In this document: positions 44,536 through 54,963 of the stretch, piece after piece
Layout of the letters: every line of letters begins with the position of its first letter
How positions within the stretch are numbered: the first letter of the stretch is position 1
NCBI GenBank assembly: GCA_016841725.1
Contig: JAENYP010000016.1
Span: 25,272-89,271, forward strand
DNA: 64,000 nt
Origin: Thermincola ferriacetica
Lineage (GTDB): Bacteria; Bacillota; Thermincolia; Thermincolales; UBA2595
Reading direction: 5' to 3'
The notes under the pieces: generated by a model
Database searches by the model: none
Told to the model about the DNA's origin: nothing
What the model saw: only the letters and a program-made list of their open reading frames with translations
Made by a program: the position numbers and the translations under genes

Positions 44536-45240
44536 CTAAATTTGCTCTTCTGGCCCGGGTTCTTTTAACTCATTTAACTTCTCCAGCATGCTGTTTTCTG
44601 CATTTTCAATATGTTCCCTTGCCAGGGCCTGGGCCAGTTCCACATTTCGTTCCGAGACAGCCTCAACTATTTTTTTGTGTTCATCAAGAGCATATTTCAT
44701 CCGTCCCGGTGTTGAGAGAGACGTGGTCCGGAACCTCTGTATCTGTTCACGTAGATTACTCACAATTTGTACCAGCCTCTCATTCCGGCTGGCCTTAAAA
44801 AGGGTATCATGAAACTCGGTATCCACCTCTACCAGTTTTTCCAGATTATTGGTTTGGACGCATTCCCCTATCTTGACCAGAATACGTTCCAACTGCTCCA
44901 GTTCCTCTTCAGTAATACGTTCTGCTGCCAGGCCTGCTGCCAGGCCCTCAAGCGCCGTCCTGATTTCAAAGACATCTGCTATGTCCTTGACCGAAATCCC
45001 GGCTACATAAGCGCCCTTCCGGGGTATCATGACAACAAACCCTTCCAGTTCCAGTTTTCGGATGGCCTCTCTTACCGGGGTTCGGCTGACACCCATTTCT
45101 TCAGCAAGCTGAATCTCCATAAGTCTTTCTCCAGGCTTCAGCACTCCATTGATGAGGGCTTCCCTCAGTGTTTCAAATACTATTTCCCTTAAGGGTTTGT
45201 AATTATCAAGGGTTACAGGAATTAATCTAGTCTCAGACAT
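44536..45240 (-). CDS. GntR-family transcriptional regulator (FadR/FCD subfamily)
   Basis: The GERLMEIQLAEEMGVSRTPVREAIRKLELEG winged-helix segment is followed by an all-helical FCD-like domain. Confidence 0.85.
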   Translation of the reverse strand: MSETRLIPVTLDNYKPLREIVFETLREALINGVLKPGERLMEIQLAEEMGVSRTPVREAIRKLELEGFVVMIPRKGAYVAGISVKDIADVFEIRTALEGLAAGLAAERITEEELEQLERILVKIGECVQTNNLEKLVEVDTEFHDTLFKASRNERLVQIVSNLREQIQRFRTTSLSTPGRMKYALDEHKKIVEAVSERNVELAQALAREHIENAENSMLEKLNELKEPGPEEQI

Positions 45241-45312
45241 CACTTCTCTCCCTTTCATGCGGCTGGTAAAATTTATTATTACCGGTTAATAGTCTATTCT
45301 ATATGTTTTCTC

Positions 45313-46188
45313 CTAATTCCTGCTGCCTGCTCGCAATGTCCGGGATACCCCTACAAACATGCCCTCCAGCTCCTTTTTCAGGCCTTCGGCAATTTCCTCT
45401 GCCTGATTCAGGTCATGCGTTATTCCAAATACTGTCGGACCGCTTCCTGACATCAGGGCCCGCAGCACCCCTGCCTGTTCCAGCCTCTTCTTGATCTGCC
45501 CTACAACCGGATATGCCGAAAGGGTCACAGATTCCAGCACATTAGCCAGGCCTCCTGCAATGCCTGCCTTATCGCCTCTCTCAATTGAGGAAATCATCTG
45601 CCGGGTGTCCGGCCTGCCACCGACCCTGCCAGGGTCAAAGCCCCTGTAAATTTGGGCTGTAGAGACATCAAGCGGAGGTTTTACCAGGACCAGCCGGAGT
45701 TCAGGTACATCCGGCAGTGGCAGGATAACCTCCCCCCTTCCTTTGGCCAGCGCGGTTCCACCTCGGATACAAAAAGAAACATCAGAACCTATCAGCGCAG
45801 CCTTGGCTAAAAGCTCTTCATAACTTAACCCCAGTTCCCACAAGGAGTTTAACCCCTTAAGTACCGCTGCCGCGTCAGTTGATCCTCCGGCCAATCCCGC
45901 AGCCAGAGGAATATTCTTGGTGATATGAATTCTTACCCCGCTTTTTATTCCAAAACTCTCTTTTATAAGTAAAGCTGCCCTGTATGCTATGTTATACGGG
46001 CCTCCCGGAAGTCCGGGATGATTGGTAACAACCTCAATCCCTTCTCCGGTCTCTTCCAGAACCACCACATCATGAAGTTCAATTGCCTGCATTACCATTT
46101 CCACCTCATGGTATCCATCAGGCCGTTTTCCGAGTATGTCCAGGGTCAGGTTAATTTTAGCGGCTGCTTTGAGTTCCGTTCGTCTCAA
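45313..46188 (-). CDS. ispE: 4-diphosphocytidyl-2-C-methyl-D-erythritol kinase
   Basis: AKINLTLDI and PLAAGLAGGSTDAAA GHMP-kinase motifs. TTG start behind GGGGGGG. Confidence 0.9.
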   Translation of the reverse strand: MRRTELKAAAKINLTLDILGKRPDGYHEVEMVMQAIELHDVVVLEETGEGIEVVTNHPGLPGGPYNIAYRAALLIKESFGIKSGVRIHITKNIPLAAGLAGGSTDAAAVLKGLNSLWELGLSYEELLAKAALIGSDVSFCIRGGTALAKGRGEVILPLPDVPELRLVLVKPPLDVSTAQIYRGFDPGRVGGRPDTRQMISSIERGDKAGIAGGLANVLESVTLSAYPVVGQIKKRLEQAGVLRALMSGSGPTVFGITHDLNQAEEIAEGLKKELEGMFVGVSRTLRAGSRN

Positions 46189-46262
46189 AGAATCCCCCCC
46201 TTTTTTTCACGTTATGATAATGTATTTTCTACAAAGGGGAAAAATCCTTCCCAGACCCTTAA

Positions 46263-48908
46263 TTAACAGACAACCTTTCTTCCATCATCTTCCTTACTAT
46301 TAGCATTGAGCTTCTCCGATACCGTTTTAATCAATTCCTGTACAGGGGTAAACTTTTCGTAGAACACGATTATTATATCCCCTTTACTGGCCCGGCTCAG
46401 TCCATCCTCAACTGCAGCCTTCTCCGGCAGACAAACCGTTACTCTGTCTGCCTCCACGCCGGCTTCCAGGACTGCCTGCCGCATGAGTGAGGCCACTTCC
46501 CCTGCCTGGCGCCCGCGCAGGTCTTTGTCTTCTTTGATAATGATTTCATCACAATACTGTGCTATGATGCGTCCTGCCTCAATTATATCAACATTTCTCC
46601 TGTCTCCGGGCATCCCGACAACACCTATCACCCGCTTGGGGTTTAACTTTCTTACGGTTTGCAGGGTTTGGAGAAACCCAGCGGTATTATGACCATAATC
46701 CACTACAACCTTGTACAGCCCGGTCTCAAATACATTAAACCTCCCCGGATTGCATGTCTCATCAGATTTAAAGCTTAACAGACCATCCCTGATACTTTCT
46801 GTATCTACCCCCAGGGCGGCACACCCTGCAGCGGCAGCCAAAGCATTAAACAAATTATGTTTAACAATGCCTCCAAAAGTACAGGAAATGTGTTTTACAG
46901 GCAGAATCTTTTCAATTTTTACACCGGCAGCCTTCACCATTGAACCATTCTTTATAAATACCGCCGTTCCACCTGCCCCCAGATGTCTCCTGACTAGGAC
47001 ATTATCTGAGGCAGCGCTGAAATACACTATCCCTGAGCGTACCCTGTCAGCCATTGCCGCTACATAGATATCATCTGCATTAAGGACAGCCGTGCCTCTT
47101 TTAAATACCGCCTCGGCAACCACCGACTTCACCATTGCCATATCTTCCAGAGTCTCAATCCCTTCCAGTCCCAGGTGATCATTGCTTATATTGGTGATAA
47201 TACCGATATCACTGTAGTCATAGCCCAACCCGGCTCTGAGAATCCCTCCCCGGGCGGTTTCCAGGACCGCAACCTCTACAGAGGGATCCCTGAGGATAAC
47301 CCTGGCGCTTTGGGGACCGGTAGTGTCACCGGCTACGATTTTTCGGCCATTAATATAAACACCGTCTGATGTGGTGGTTCCCACAACCTGACCTGTTCCG
47401 CGGAGAATATGACTGACCATTCTGGTAACTGTTGTTTTACCGTTTGTCCCGGTTACAGTAACTATTGGAATTCTGGACCGCGTCCCCGGGGGAAACAGCA
47501 TCTCCACAATTGCCCCGGCAACATTCCTAACCTTACCCTTGGCCGGATAGTGATGCATTCTTATCCCCGGCGCAGCATTCACTTCTATCAGGGCTCCATT
47601 ATCACGCTCCAGCGGCTGGTCAATTTCCCGGGCTACCAGGTCAACCCCGGCTACATCAAGCCCCACCAGGCGGACTGCCCTAAGCACCAGCTGTACCGTA
47701 TCCGGGTGCACCCTTCCCGTTACATCTGCGGCAATTCCCCCGGTGCTGATATTGGCATTTTCCCGGAGATACACTATTTCGCCCTCTCCCGGCACGGAAT
47801 CAGGTGTCAGCCCTTTTTTGGCCAACACCATGATGACTACGGGGTCAATTTTTATTTTGGTCAGGGGCTTTTCATGGCTTTCACCCCTGAGTGGGTCCAT
47901 GTTTACCAGACCAACTAACTCTTTGACGGAACTCTGCCCGTCTCCCACCACAAATGCAGGAATCCGTTCCGCTGCCGCTATCACCCGGTCTCCAACAACT
48001 ACAACGCGGTAATGTTTCCCTTTGATGTATTTTTCAATAATTGCCCTTGGACTAATCTGGAGGGCTACTTCAAGGGCCCGGGCAATTTCTTCCCGCTTTG
48101 TCAGGTTTAAGGCAACCCCTTTGCCTTGATTTCCGTCGAAAGGCTTAACCACAACAGCATCACCAATCTGTTGGGCAATTTCAAGGGCTTCCCATTCGGT
48201 CCGGGCTACTCCGCCCCACGGCACCGGTATCCCGGACTCTGCCAGAAGCTGTTTAACCAGTACCTTATCACACGCAATATCCACACCCACACACCGGGTC
48301 TGTCCGGTAATGGTAGCCTCAACTTTCTGCTGGTATTTGCCATATCCGAGCTGAAGTATACTGCCTTCACCCAGGCGCATCACAGGTATTCCCCTTCTTA
48401 CAGCCTCCCGGGCCACGGCCGCTGTGCTGGGCCCCAGGCTGGTCCGGTCTGCCGCCTGCCTGATAGCAGCAACTTCAGCAGCTAAATCAATTAATTTATT
48501 TTTCAGCAGTGCACCAACAACCTTAACAGCTGCCTGTACTGCCCTGATACCGCCTTCTTTGGACTCAAATTCAGTAATCACATAGTACATCCCCGGTGTT
48601 TCAGCACAAATCGTCTTCCCGTAAATTACATCCATTCCGGCAAGGTGCTGCAATTCCAGGGAAACATGCTCGATTACATGCCCCAGGTATGTGCCTTCCC
48701 TCAGCCTTTCCACAAAACCACCCGGTTTGCCCCGGGAACAATAGTGTTCCGACAAGGTTGGCATATGAGCCTGCAGGTTCTTCACAAAGCCCGGATTTGT
48801 TTCGGTAGTCAGCTCCCGGTACTCTCCCAGATCGATTTTAGTCTTAATCACAGGACTATAGCAGTAAATGTTTGCTCCCTCAAGAACTCTGATTTCAATT
48901 ATCTCCAT
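46263..48908 (-). CDS. cphA: cyanophycin synthetase
   Basis: N-terminal CphA-specific domain, ATP-grasp domain and Mur-ligase-like domain (VTGTNGKTT). Adjacent to cyanophycinase. Start at the ATG at 48908. Confidence 0.9.
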   Translation of the reverse strand: MEIIEIRVLEGANIYCYSPVIKTKIDLGEYRELTTETNPGFVKNLQAHMPTLSEHYCSRGKPGGFVERLREGTYLGHVIEHVSLELQHLAGMDVIYGKTICAETPGMYYVITEFESKEGGIRAVQAAVKVVGALLKNKLIDLAAEVAAIRQAADRTSLGPSTAAVAREAVRRGIPVMRLGEGSILQLGYGKYQQKVEATITGQTRCVGVDIACDKVLVKQLLAESGIPVPWGGVARTEWEALEIAQQIGDAVVVKPFDGNQGKGVALNLTKREEIARALEVALQISPRAIIEKYIKGKHYRVVVVGDRVIAAAERIPAFVVGDGQSSVKELVGLVNMDPLRGESHEKPLTKIKIDPVVIMVLAKKGLTPDSVPGEGEIVYLRENANISTGGIAADVTGRVHPDTVQLVLRAVRLVGLDVAGVDLVAREIDQPLERDNGALIEVNAAPGIRMHHYPAKGKVRNVAGAIVEMLFPPGTRSRIPIVTVTGTNGKTTVTRMVSHILRGTGQVVGTTTSDGVYINGRKIVAGDTTGPQSARVILRDPSVEVAVLETARGGILRAGLGYDYSDIGIITNISNDHLGLEGIETLEDMAMVKSVVAEAVFKRGTAVLNADDIYVAAMADRVRSGIVYFSAASDNVLVRRHLGAGGTAVFIKNGSMVKAAGVKIEKILPVKHISCTFGGIVKHNLFNALAAAAGCAALGVDTESIRDGLLSFKSDETCNPGRFNVFETGLYKVVVDYGHNTAGFLQTLQTVRKLNPKRVIGVVGMPGDRRNVDIIEAGRIIAQYCDEIIIKEDKDLRGRQAGEVASLMRQAVLEAGVEADRVTVCLPEKAAVEDGLSRASKGDIIIVFYEKFTPVQELIKTVSEKLNANSKEDDGRKVVC

Positions 48909-49746
48909 TTCCTTCTCCTTCCTTCGATTCACCGCTCATATCACTGATGACAGGTGCCCTTGCAGCCAAATCAAAACCAAAGCCTTTTGGCAGAACATGC
49001 AAAACCACACGATCTATAGCCAGGGCCTGCCCAGGTGACAGTTCAGAAACATTGGTAAAAGAAACACCCCGGCCATCCACAAAAGTAACCGTCTGGGAAC
49101 CAATCACTTCCAGCCTGGCATCTGCCCTTATGATTACGGCTGTATCTTCATCTATGCCCATTCCCAGTATATAAGGATTATGGGCTACAGCAGACAGCAA
49201 ACGACCAATTCTGCCTCTTTGGGCAAAATGCTGGTCAATTACCACTTCTTCCAGCAGGCCCAGACCCGGTGCCAGCTTAATAGTGTTCAATTTTGGCGCC
49301 TCATCACTGTTGCCCTCAACAATCATGGTATTGCTCATAACAGAAGCACCGGCGCTGGTGCCTGCGATAACAGCTCCGCGCCGGTAAGCCTTCTGAAGAG
49401 CCTCATTCGCTGTTGTGCCGCCCAATATCGAAGTAAGCCGCAATTGGTCGCCACCTGTAAAAAAGATACCCGTTGCTTCTGCCATCTTTTCGACAATGCT
49501 CCGGTTATTGGCTTTTTCCCGGGAGTCCAGGTCAAGCGACTCGACTATACCCGCTCCCAATTCCTCAAACAGGCTGTGATACTTCTTCCCGGCGCTGTCC
49601 GGCTCCAGGGTAGCTGTGGTGATGATTACCAGGTTCGCCTCAGGACCGCCGGCCAACCTAATGAACTCCCTTAAAATTTCACAGTTCCCTTCCTTATCCT
49701 CCGCTCCCCCGATAACCAGCAGAGTTCCATTAACCTTGTTTCCCAT
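48895..49746 (-). CDS. cphB: cyanophycinase (S51 peptidase)
   Basis: LLVIGGAEDK, FFTGGDQ, and GTSAGAS serine motif. Confidence 0.9.
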   Translation of the reverse strand: MGNKVNGTLLVIGGAEDKEGNCEILREFIRLAGGPEANLVIITTATLEPDSAGKKYHSLFEELGAGIVESLDLDSREKANNRSIVEKMAEATGIFFTGGDQLRLTSILGGTTANEALQKAYRRGAVIAGTSAGASVMSNTMIVEGNSDEAPKLNTIKLAPGLGLLEEVVIDQHFAQRGRIGRLLSAVAHNPYILGMGIDEDTAVIIRADARLEVIGSQTVTFVDGRGVSFTNVSELSPGQALAIDRVVLHVLPKGFGFDLAARAPVISDMSGESKEGEGNGDN

Positions 49747-49890
49747 ATAGTCCTCCGTTTTTAATCAATCAGGTGGTATTTTGCCCTTTTTTACCAGTGA
49801 TTATACTATTTTGGTCCAGATGCATATAATGTTAATAACCGTATCCGGCGTGTATTCCGGCTGCCCACCGGTAATTACAAGGAGGTTGTC

Positions 49891-50289
49891 ATGAATAGAG
49901 AAACTGTCTATTCCCAAAAGCGTATATATATTTATACCTTTGACCGTAAACTCTTTCTCGCCACTTCACAACGAACCGAAAAAATCTATCCCATAGCGGT
50001 AGGAAAACCGCAGACTCCCACTCCCCACGGAACTTATCAAGTGGTAAACAAAATTATTAATCCCGGAGGGATACTGGGCAGCAGGTGGCTGGGTCTGAGT
50101 ATCCCTAACGGCCCTTACGGCATCCACGGCACTTCCAGGCCCGAATCCATAGGGAAGGCCATTTCCAATGGCTGTATCAGGATGTTTAACCAGGATGTTG
50201 AAGAACTTTTCAACAGTGTCAGTATAGGAACAACGGTAATAATCAAGCCCCTTGCCGAAGAAGCAGGGGTGCCAGGTGACCATAATTAA
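49891..50289 (+). CDS. L,D-transpeptidase (YkuD) domain protein
   Basis: The YGIHGT...SNGCIRM catalytic His/Cys motif is present. Confidence 0.85.
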   Translation: MNRETVYSQKRIYIYTFDRKLFLATSQRTEKIYPIAVGKPQTPTPHGTYQVVNKIINPGGILGSRWLGLSIPNGPYGIHGTSRPESIGKAISNGCIRMFNQDVEELFNSVSIGTTVIIKPLAEEAGVPGDHN

Positions 50290-50318
50290 ATGGGGTCTTC
50301 TTTTTTTAAACTTGACGC

Positions 50319-50440
50319 AGGGAGGGGCAGATATATTCCTCCAGGATGGCTACAACTCAGCCGGCTAGCCACTCGCGCCAAGGCGCTCGTGGGCCGGCTG
50401 ACGTCAGACTCATCCTTCCGGAACACATCTGCCCCTCCCT
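50319..50440. repeat. palindromic intergenic element, copy C (long form)
   Basis: 14-bp terminal inverted repeat AGGGAGGGGCAGAT/ATCTGCCCCTCCCT, inner stems AGGATG/CATCCT and CAGCCGGC/GCCGGCTG, and core GACGTCAGACTCA. An outer AAATGGGG/CCCCATTT repeat extends the palindrome to 50288-50475. Confidence 0.7.
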
Positions 50441-50502
50441 AAATCCAAGTTCAAGACATAGAAACTGCCCCATTTGATTATGGGACCCTCTCACTGTACC
50501 TT

Positions 50503-52464
50503 TCACACCTTAAATCCTTTGACCAGGTCGCGCAGTTCATGTGCCATTCCTGACAGATTTTCGGCAAACTGGGCAATCTCCTCTGTAGACATCGCCTGCT
50601 CCTCTACTGCAGAAGAGATGTTTTCCGCATGTTCTGAGTTAATATGGGTCAAGTGGGTAATCGTCTCGATGGCCTCCATGGCATTATGGCTTCCGGCGGC
50701 CATTTGCTGTGTTGAGGCCGAGTTTTCCTCGGTAATTGAAGCCACATTGTTTACGGCTACTACCACCGCAGAACTGTTTTCACTCATTTTCTGGGCTGCC
50801 CCTGAGATAAGCTGAATCTGACTCAGGGTCAACTCCACAGTCTTCATTATCTCTTCTAAGGCCTGTCCGGCATCATGAGCCAGCTGTACCCCCTCTTCAA
50901 CTTCAGCTGTCCCCTGTTCCATTGCTGTTACAGCTTTTTCCGTCCCTTTTTGAATACTGGTAATCAGTTCCGCAATTTCCTTGGTCGCCCCGCCGCTTCT
51001 TTCTGCCAGCTTCCTGACCTCATCAGCCACTACAGCAAAGCCCTTCCCGTGTTCACCGGCACGGGCAGCCTCAATGGCGGCATTTAATGCCAGCAGGTTT
51101 GTCTGTTCCGCAATCTCGTCAATTACCTGGATAATTTCTCCGATCTTTTGTGACTGGTCACCCAGTTCCTTTATTTTGACCGCCGATTCATCGACAGAGG
51201 TTTTAATCTTTTCCATTCCGGAGATAGTGGAATTAACGGCCGTCTCCCCATTGCGGGCAACCTTGGCAGCATCAGTGGCCGCATTTAAAACGGCCTGGGC
51301 ATTGCCGGTAACATCCTCAATATCTTTAGCCATTTCGCCTATGGTCATGGAGGTCTGGTTGACATGGGTCGACTGTTTCTGGGCACCACCGGCGATCTGA
51401 TTTATGGCTTGGGTAAACTGGTCCATTATATCTTTTGTCCGGGTAACGGCATCCATCTTGTTATTGATACCCTGCACCATCTCTTGTATGGATGCGGCAA
51501 CCAACTGCCCGCTTTTAGCTGCTTCCTCAGAGGTAAGAGTCAGACTGTCACTGGTCTGGGTAACATGGTCTACGGAATTAACCACCTTTTTTACCATCTG
51601 ATGTGTTTTCTCTATAAACTGGTTAAAGTTATCTGACAGCATACTGAATTCGTCGGAGCCACTGACCTGAAGCCGCCGGGTCAGGTCGGCATCTCCGGAT
51701 GCCAGGTTCCGGGCTGCCTCCAAAATCCGCTTCACCGGATTGTTTACCATTAATTTGATAACAACAGCAAGGATAATGCTAATAGCTACCAGTATCCCCA
51801 GCATGATTCCGATTGTCTGTTTCTGCACCACTGCAATTTTTGCTTCTGCCTGCTCTATGGATATGGCTACTCTATAGCCGCCCCAGTGCCGGCCATCTAC
51901 AAATATAGGATAAGACATGTCCCACATGTCCTCACCGGTATCCCGGTTATAAACCTGTTTCAGGGCTTCAGTGGTAGCTGCCGCCGCTGCCCCGGTAGGG
52001 TCATTGAAAATCCGCTTGGTTCTTGCTTTGTATGTCGTATTATGAGTGGGCAGATATCCGTTAAGAATTGGGTCCTCGGAATAAGCCACCGGGATGGCAA
52101 AAACCACATCTTCGTCTACAAGAAACGAGTCCACATACTCCTGCCAGTATTTGTCGGTATAACTGTCAAATTCAGAACTATATACAATATTACTGCCATC
52201 TTCTGTCTTACCTGTTTCCCGGTAATTCCTGTCAAATAATTCTTCTTTGGTGATAATTCCATCCCTGATATCATTTACAATCATTGCCTGCAGGCCCAAA
52301 GCAGCGGCTTTTGCCAGGGCAAAGCCTTTTGCCTCCAGATCCTTTTCTACCCGCATCCGGACCTGGCGGCACTGATACCACGTAAAGAGACCCATAAGTA
52401 TTCCCAGGCAGATGAACAGAGTAACCACTAACTTAAAAGACAGACTTTTCGTAATTCTGACCAA
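50503..52464 (-). CDS. methyl-accepting chemotaxis protein (periplasmic Cache-like sensor, HAMP, MA domain)
   Basis: Two TM segments, HAMP, and the conserved signalling hairpin [39 protein letters not shown] start. Confidence 0.9.
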   Translation of the reverse strand: MVRITKSLSFKLVVTLFICLGILMGLFTWYQCRQVRMRVEKDLEAKGFALAKAAALGLQAMIVNDIRDGIITKEELFDRNYRETGKTEDGSNIVYSSEFDSYTDKYWQEYVDSFLVDEDVVFAIPVAYSEDPILNGYLPTHNTTYKARTKRIFNDPTGAAAAATTEALKQVYNRDTGEDMWDMSYPIFVDGRHWGGYRVAISIEQAEAKIAVVQKQTIGIMLGILVAISIILAVVIKLMVNNPVKRILEAARNLASGDADLTRRLQVSGSDEFSMLSDNFNQFIEKTHQMVKKVVNSVDHVTQTSDSLTLTSEEAAKSGQLVAASIQEMVQGINNKMDAVTRTKDIMDQFTQAINQIAGGAQKQSTHVNQTSMTIGEMAKDIEDVTGNAQAVLNAATDAAKVARNGETAVNSTISGMEKIKTSVDESAVKIKELGDQSQKIGEIIQVIDEIAEQTNLLALNAAIEAARAGEHGKGFAVVADEVRKLAERSGGATKEIAELITSIQKGTEKAVTAMEQGTAEVEEGVQLAHDAGQALEEIMKTVELTLSQIQLISGAAQKMSENSSAVVVAVNNVASITEENSASTQQMAAGSHNAMEAIETITHLTHINSEHAENISSAVEEQAMSTEEIAQFAENLSGMAHELRDLVKGFKV

Positions 52465-52827
52465 AACATATCCCCCCTCTAAATATTTTGTTTTGGAAAT
52501 TTAAAACCCTTACAAAAAACTGGTTACCCAACCCATACGCCCACTTATTTTACACCTATACCCCCAGTTATTTCCCTATTTTGTAAGTTATCACACGTTA
52601 TTGCTTTAATAAATATTTTTCCCGCAAATATACAATATTTGGAGATAAGCAGTTATTTGGCAGGTTAACCGGAAATATGTAGAATTTTGCTGCAAATTGC
52701 AGGTAATTCCCTGTTTTTGTCGAATTCATAATCAAAACCTGGAAAAAAAGGGGAGGTATATACTTTGTGTCTGGGACTTTCTTCCTCTTAAAGGCCTTAA
52801 CAAATTGTGAAAGGAGCGTTAGAGGGG

Positions 52828-54420
52828 ATGAAAATAGGTTTATTTTTCTCCCGGTCAGGCGGAGTTACCGACAGAGTTGTCGATATTGACCACCTGGCCA
52901 GGAAATTCAGTCAGGAGTATCATACCTTCATTGTCGACGATTTCTTCACACCTGAAGGACTCAAAGCTATCCAGGCCCAAGTCGCAAAAGCTGGCTTTGA
53001 TGCAGTCGTTCTTGCCGGAGATTCTCCACTGAATTACTCAAACAGGAAGAGTGCCGATTTTGTGGTAAATCGGCTTGAGGCTGCAGGTATCAATATTAAC
53101 AAAATCAGTTTTGCTAATATTAAGGAGCAGGCAGCCCTGGCTCACCCGGGCCAGCCGCAAAAGGCAACCGCAAAAGCAAAGATTCTGGTGGAAGTTGCTA
53201 TTGAAAAGGTGCGAAATTCCCACCCCATCAAAACACGGCAAATTGCGCCACATCCGGCTGTTGCCCTTATAGGAGCTACTCCGGCAGCAATGCTGGCCGC
53301 ACAGCGGCTTCTGGAACGTGATTTCAAGGTATATATCATTGACACAGCTGACAGGTTTCGCAAATTTCAAAGAAGCGAGCACCAGGAAAAAATCGCCTCT
53401 GTAATTACATATGTTGAAATGAACCCAATGACTAGATTTCTGCTGAATACACAGATTAATGACATTTACGGATATCCGGGAAGATTCACCCTTAATATTA
53501 CCACTGAGGATATGACAAGAGATATTACTGTTGGTAGTATTATTCTCGCAAATACTGCAGACCCCGAAGCTACCCAGGCTTTACGCCCGATGGTCCACAT
53601 TGACGTAAATGACGCCGGCCTTTTTAAACCTGTGAATCCCGATACCCTGCAGGTATTCACTTACGAAAAGGGAATTTTCCTGCTTCCGGATGATGAAGAA
53701 CGGGATATTTCCTATATTGTGGCCCTGAGTGACTCGGTGGCATTTGCAGTTACTTCCTTCTTGGAAAAAAGGGAGATTAGTTACCGGATTCAGGTTTCCG
53801 AAATTAATGAAGAACTATGCAGTGGCTGCGGAGCCTGTGTGAAAACCTGCATGTTTAAGGCTTCCAGCATTGACCCCCAGAAAAACATATCTATTATAGA
53901 TGAACAGAGATGTAAGGGCTGCGGCAACTGTGTGACCTCCTGTCCCACCGGGGCCAGAGACCTGCTGACCTACCCGCAGAAGTACCTGACAAAGGCTATT
54001 GAATTATTGGCTGGCGGCACAGAAAACATTGAGCCCAAGATACTGGCATTTCTTTGTGAGGGCTGTGGATACCAGGCGCTGGACCTGGCCGGTATCGAAG
54101 GTTTAGAATATGATGTCAATATAATGCCCCTGGGAATCAGGTGTGGCGGCAATATTGACACCCAGCTGATTCTTGAAGCTTACCGGCAGGGATTTCAGGG
54201 AATCATAATCTGTAAATGTGGCGACACTGACTGCCGCAATATCGTAGGCAATACCGACCTGGACCGGCGCGCTAACCTCTTCCGTGAAATCCTGAGGAGC
54301 AGGGGAATTGACTCAGAGAACCTGTGGATTGTTGAGGGTCTGAGGGGAACAAAAAATAACTGTGTCCATTCTGTTCAAGCCCTGTACGAGGAAATAAAAA
54401 ATAACGGAGGTGGAAACTAA
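52828..54420 (+). CDS. HdrA-like / 2x[4Fe-4S] ferredoxin / MvhD fusion protein with degenerate HdrA cofactor motifs
   Basis: The C-terminal [11 protein letters not shown] and [12 protein letters not shown] ferredoxin motifs and the MvhD domain ([11 protein letters not shown]...RCGGNI...CKCGDTDC) are intact. The N-terminal HdrA-like region lacks the cysteine cluster and the GxGxxG motif. Confidence 0.75.
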   Translation: MKIGLFFSRSGGVTDRVVDIDHLARKFSQEYHTFIVDDFFTPEGLKAIQAQVAKAGFDAVVLAGDSPLNYSNRKSADFVVNRLEAAGININKISFANIKEQAALAHPGQPQKATAKAKILVEVAIEKVRNSHPIKTRQIAPHPAVALIGATPAAMLAAQRLLERDFKVYIIDTADRFRKFQRSEHQEKIASVITYVEMNPMTRFLLNTQINDIYGYPGRFTLNITTEDMTRDITVGSIILANTADPEATQALRPMVHIDVNDAGLFKPVNPDTLQVFTYEKGIFLLPDDEERDISYIVALSDSVAFAVTSFLEKREISYRIQVSEINEELCSGCGACVKTCMFKASSIDPQKNISIIDEQRCKGCGNCVTSCPTGARDLLTYPQKYLTKAIELLAGGTENIEPKILAFLCEGCGYQALDLAGIEGLEYDVNIMPLGIRCGGNIDTQLILEAYRQGFQGIIICKCGDTDCRNIVGNTDLDRRANLFREILRSRGIDSENLWIVEGLRGTKNNCVHSVQALYEEIKNNGGGN

Positions 54421-54668
54421 TGGTCAAAGTAACAGCAGCTTCCGTCTGGCTCCAGGGTTGTTCAGGCTGCCACATTTCACTTCTGGACCTTAATGAAGAA
54501 CTGCTTGACCTTCTGGAAGTTGTAGACCTTAAAGCATCTCCCATTCAGGATGTCAAAGAAATCCCTGAAGTGACGGTGGGAATTGTTGAAGGCTGTGTTT
54601 CCAACAGCCATAACCTTGGGATTAATGAAAATCATAGTGCCCTGATTCCCGAATTTGCATCAGGATGA
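54420..54668 (+). pseudogene. truncated [NiFe] hydrogenase small subunit (MvhG-like), N-terminal 70-odd residues only
   Basis: [31 protein letters not shown]...VEGCVSNS is the small-subunit N-terminus. Homology ends near 54615 and a stop follows at 54666. TAATG-coupled to the upstream gene. Confidence 0.7.
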
Positions 54669-54963
54669 CGAAATAGTAAGCAAAGACGTCCGGGTAACCG
54701 TAACCAGGCAGGCAGGTGAAGGGATTGGTGTCATTGAAGCTCCTCGGGGGACCCTGATACACCATTATCAGGGCTGACGATATGGGTAAACTGGAAAAGG
54801 TAAATATCATCGTCTCTACCGCCCATAACTATGCAGCAATGGACAGAGCAGTCAATGAAGTTGCCAAAACAGTCACCCTGGCATCGGCATCTATAAAAAT
54901 AAGCAGCTCATATCCGGCAAACTGTTCACAAGCACTTTGCGATCCATAGCTGCCTCCTACTGA
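54658..54963 (+). pseudogene. C-terminal remnant of a [NiFe] hydrogenase large subunit (MvhA-like), frameshifted
   Basis: Frame 1 reads [39 protein letters not shown] then a stop. It continues in another frame as ADDMGKLEKVNIIVSTAHNYAAMDRAVNEVAKTV. The terminal DPCxxCxxH motif is destroyed. Confidence 0.65.

Noticed and set aside
54420-54668. Treating the 82-aa ORF as an intact small Fe-S protein.
   Set aside because: Only the first ~70 residues resemble a hydrogenase small subunit, so most of the Fe-S ligands would be missing. The downstream sequence is a frameshifted large-subunit fragment, so I called it a pseudogene.
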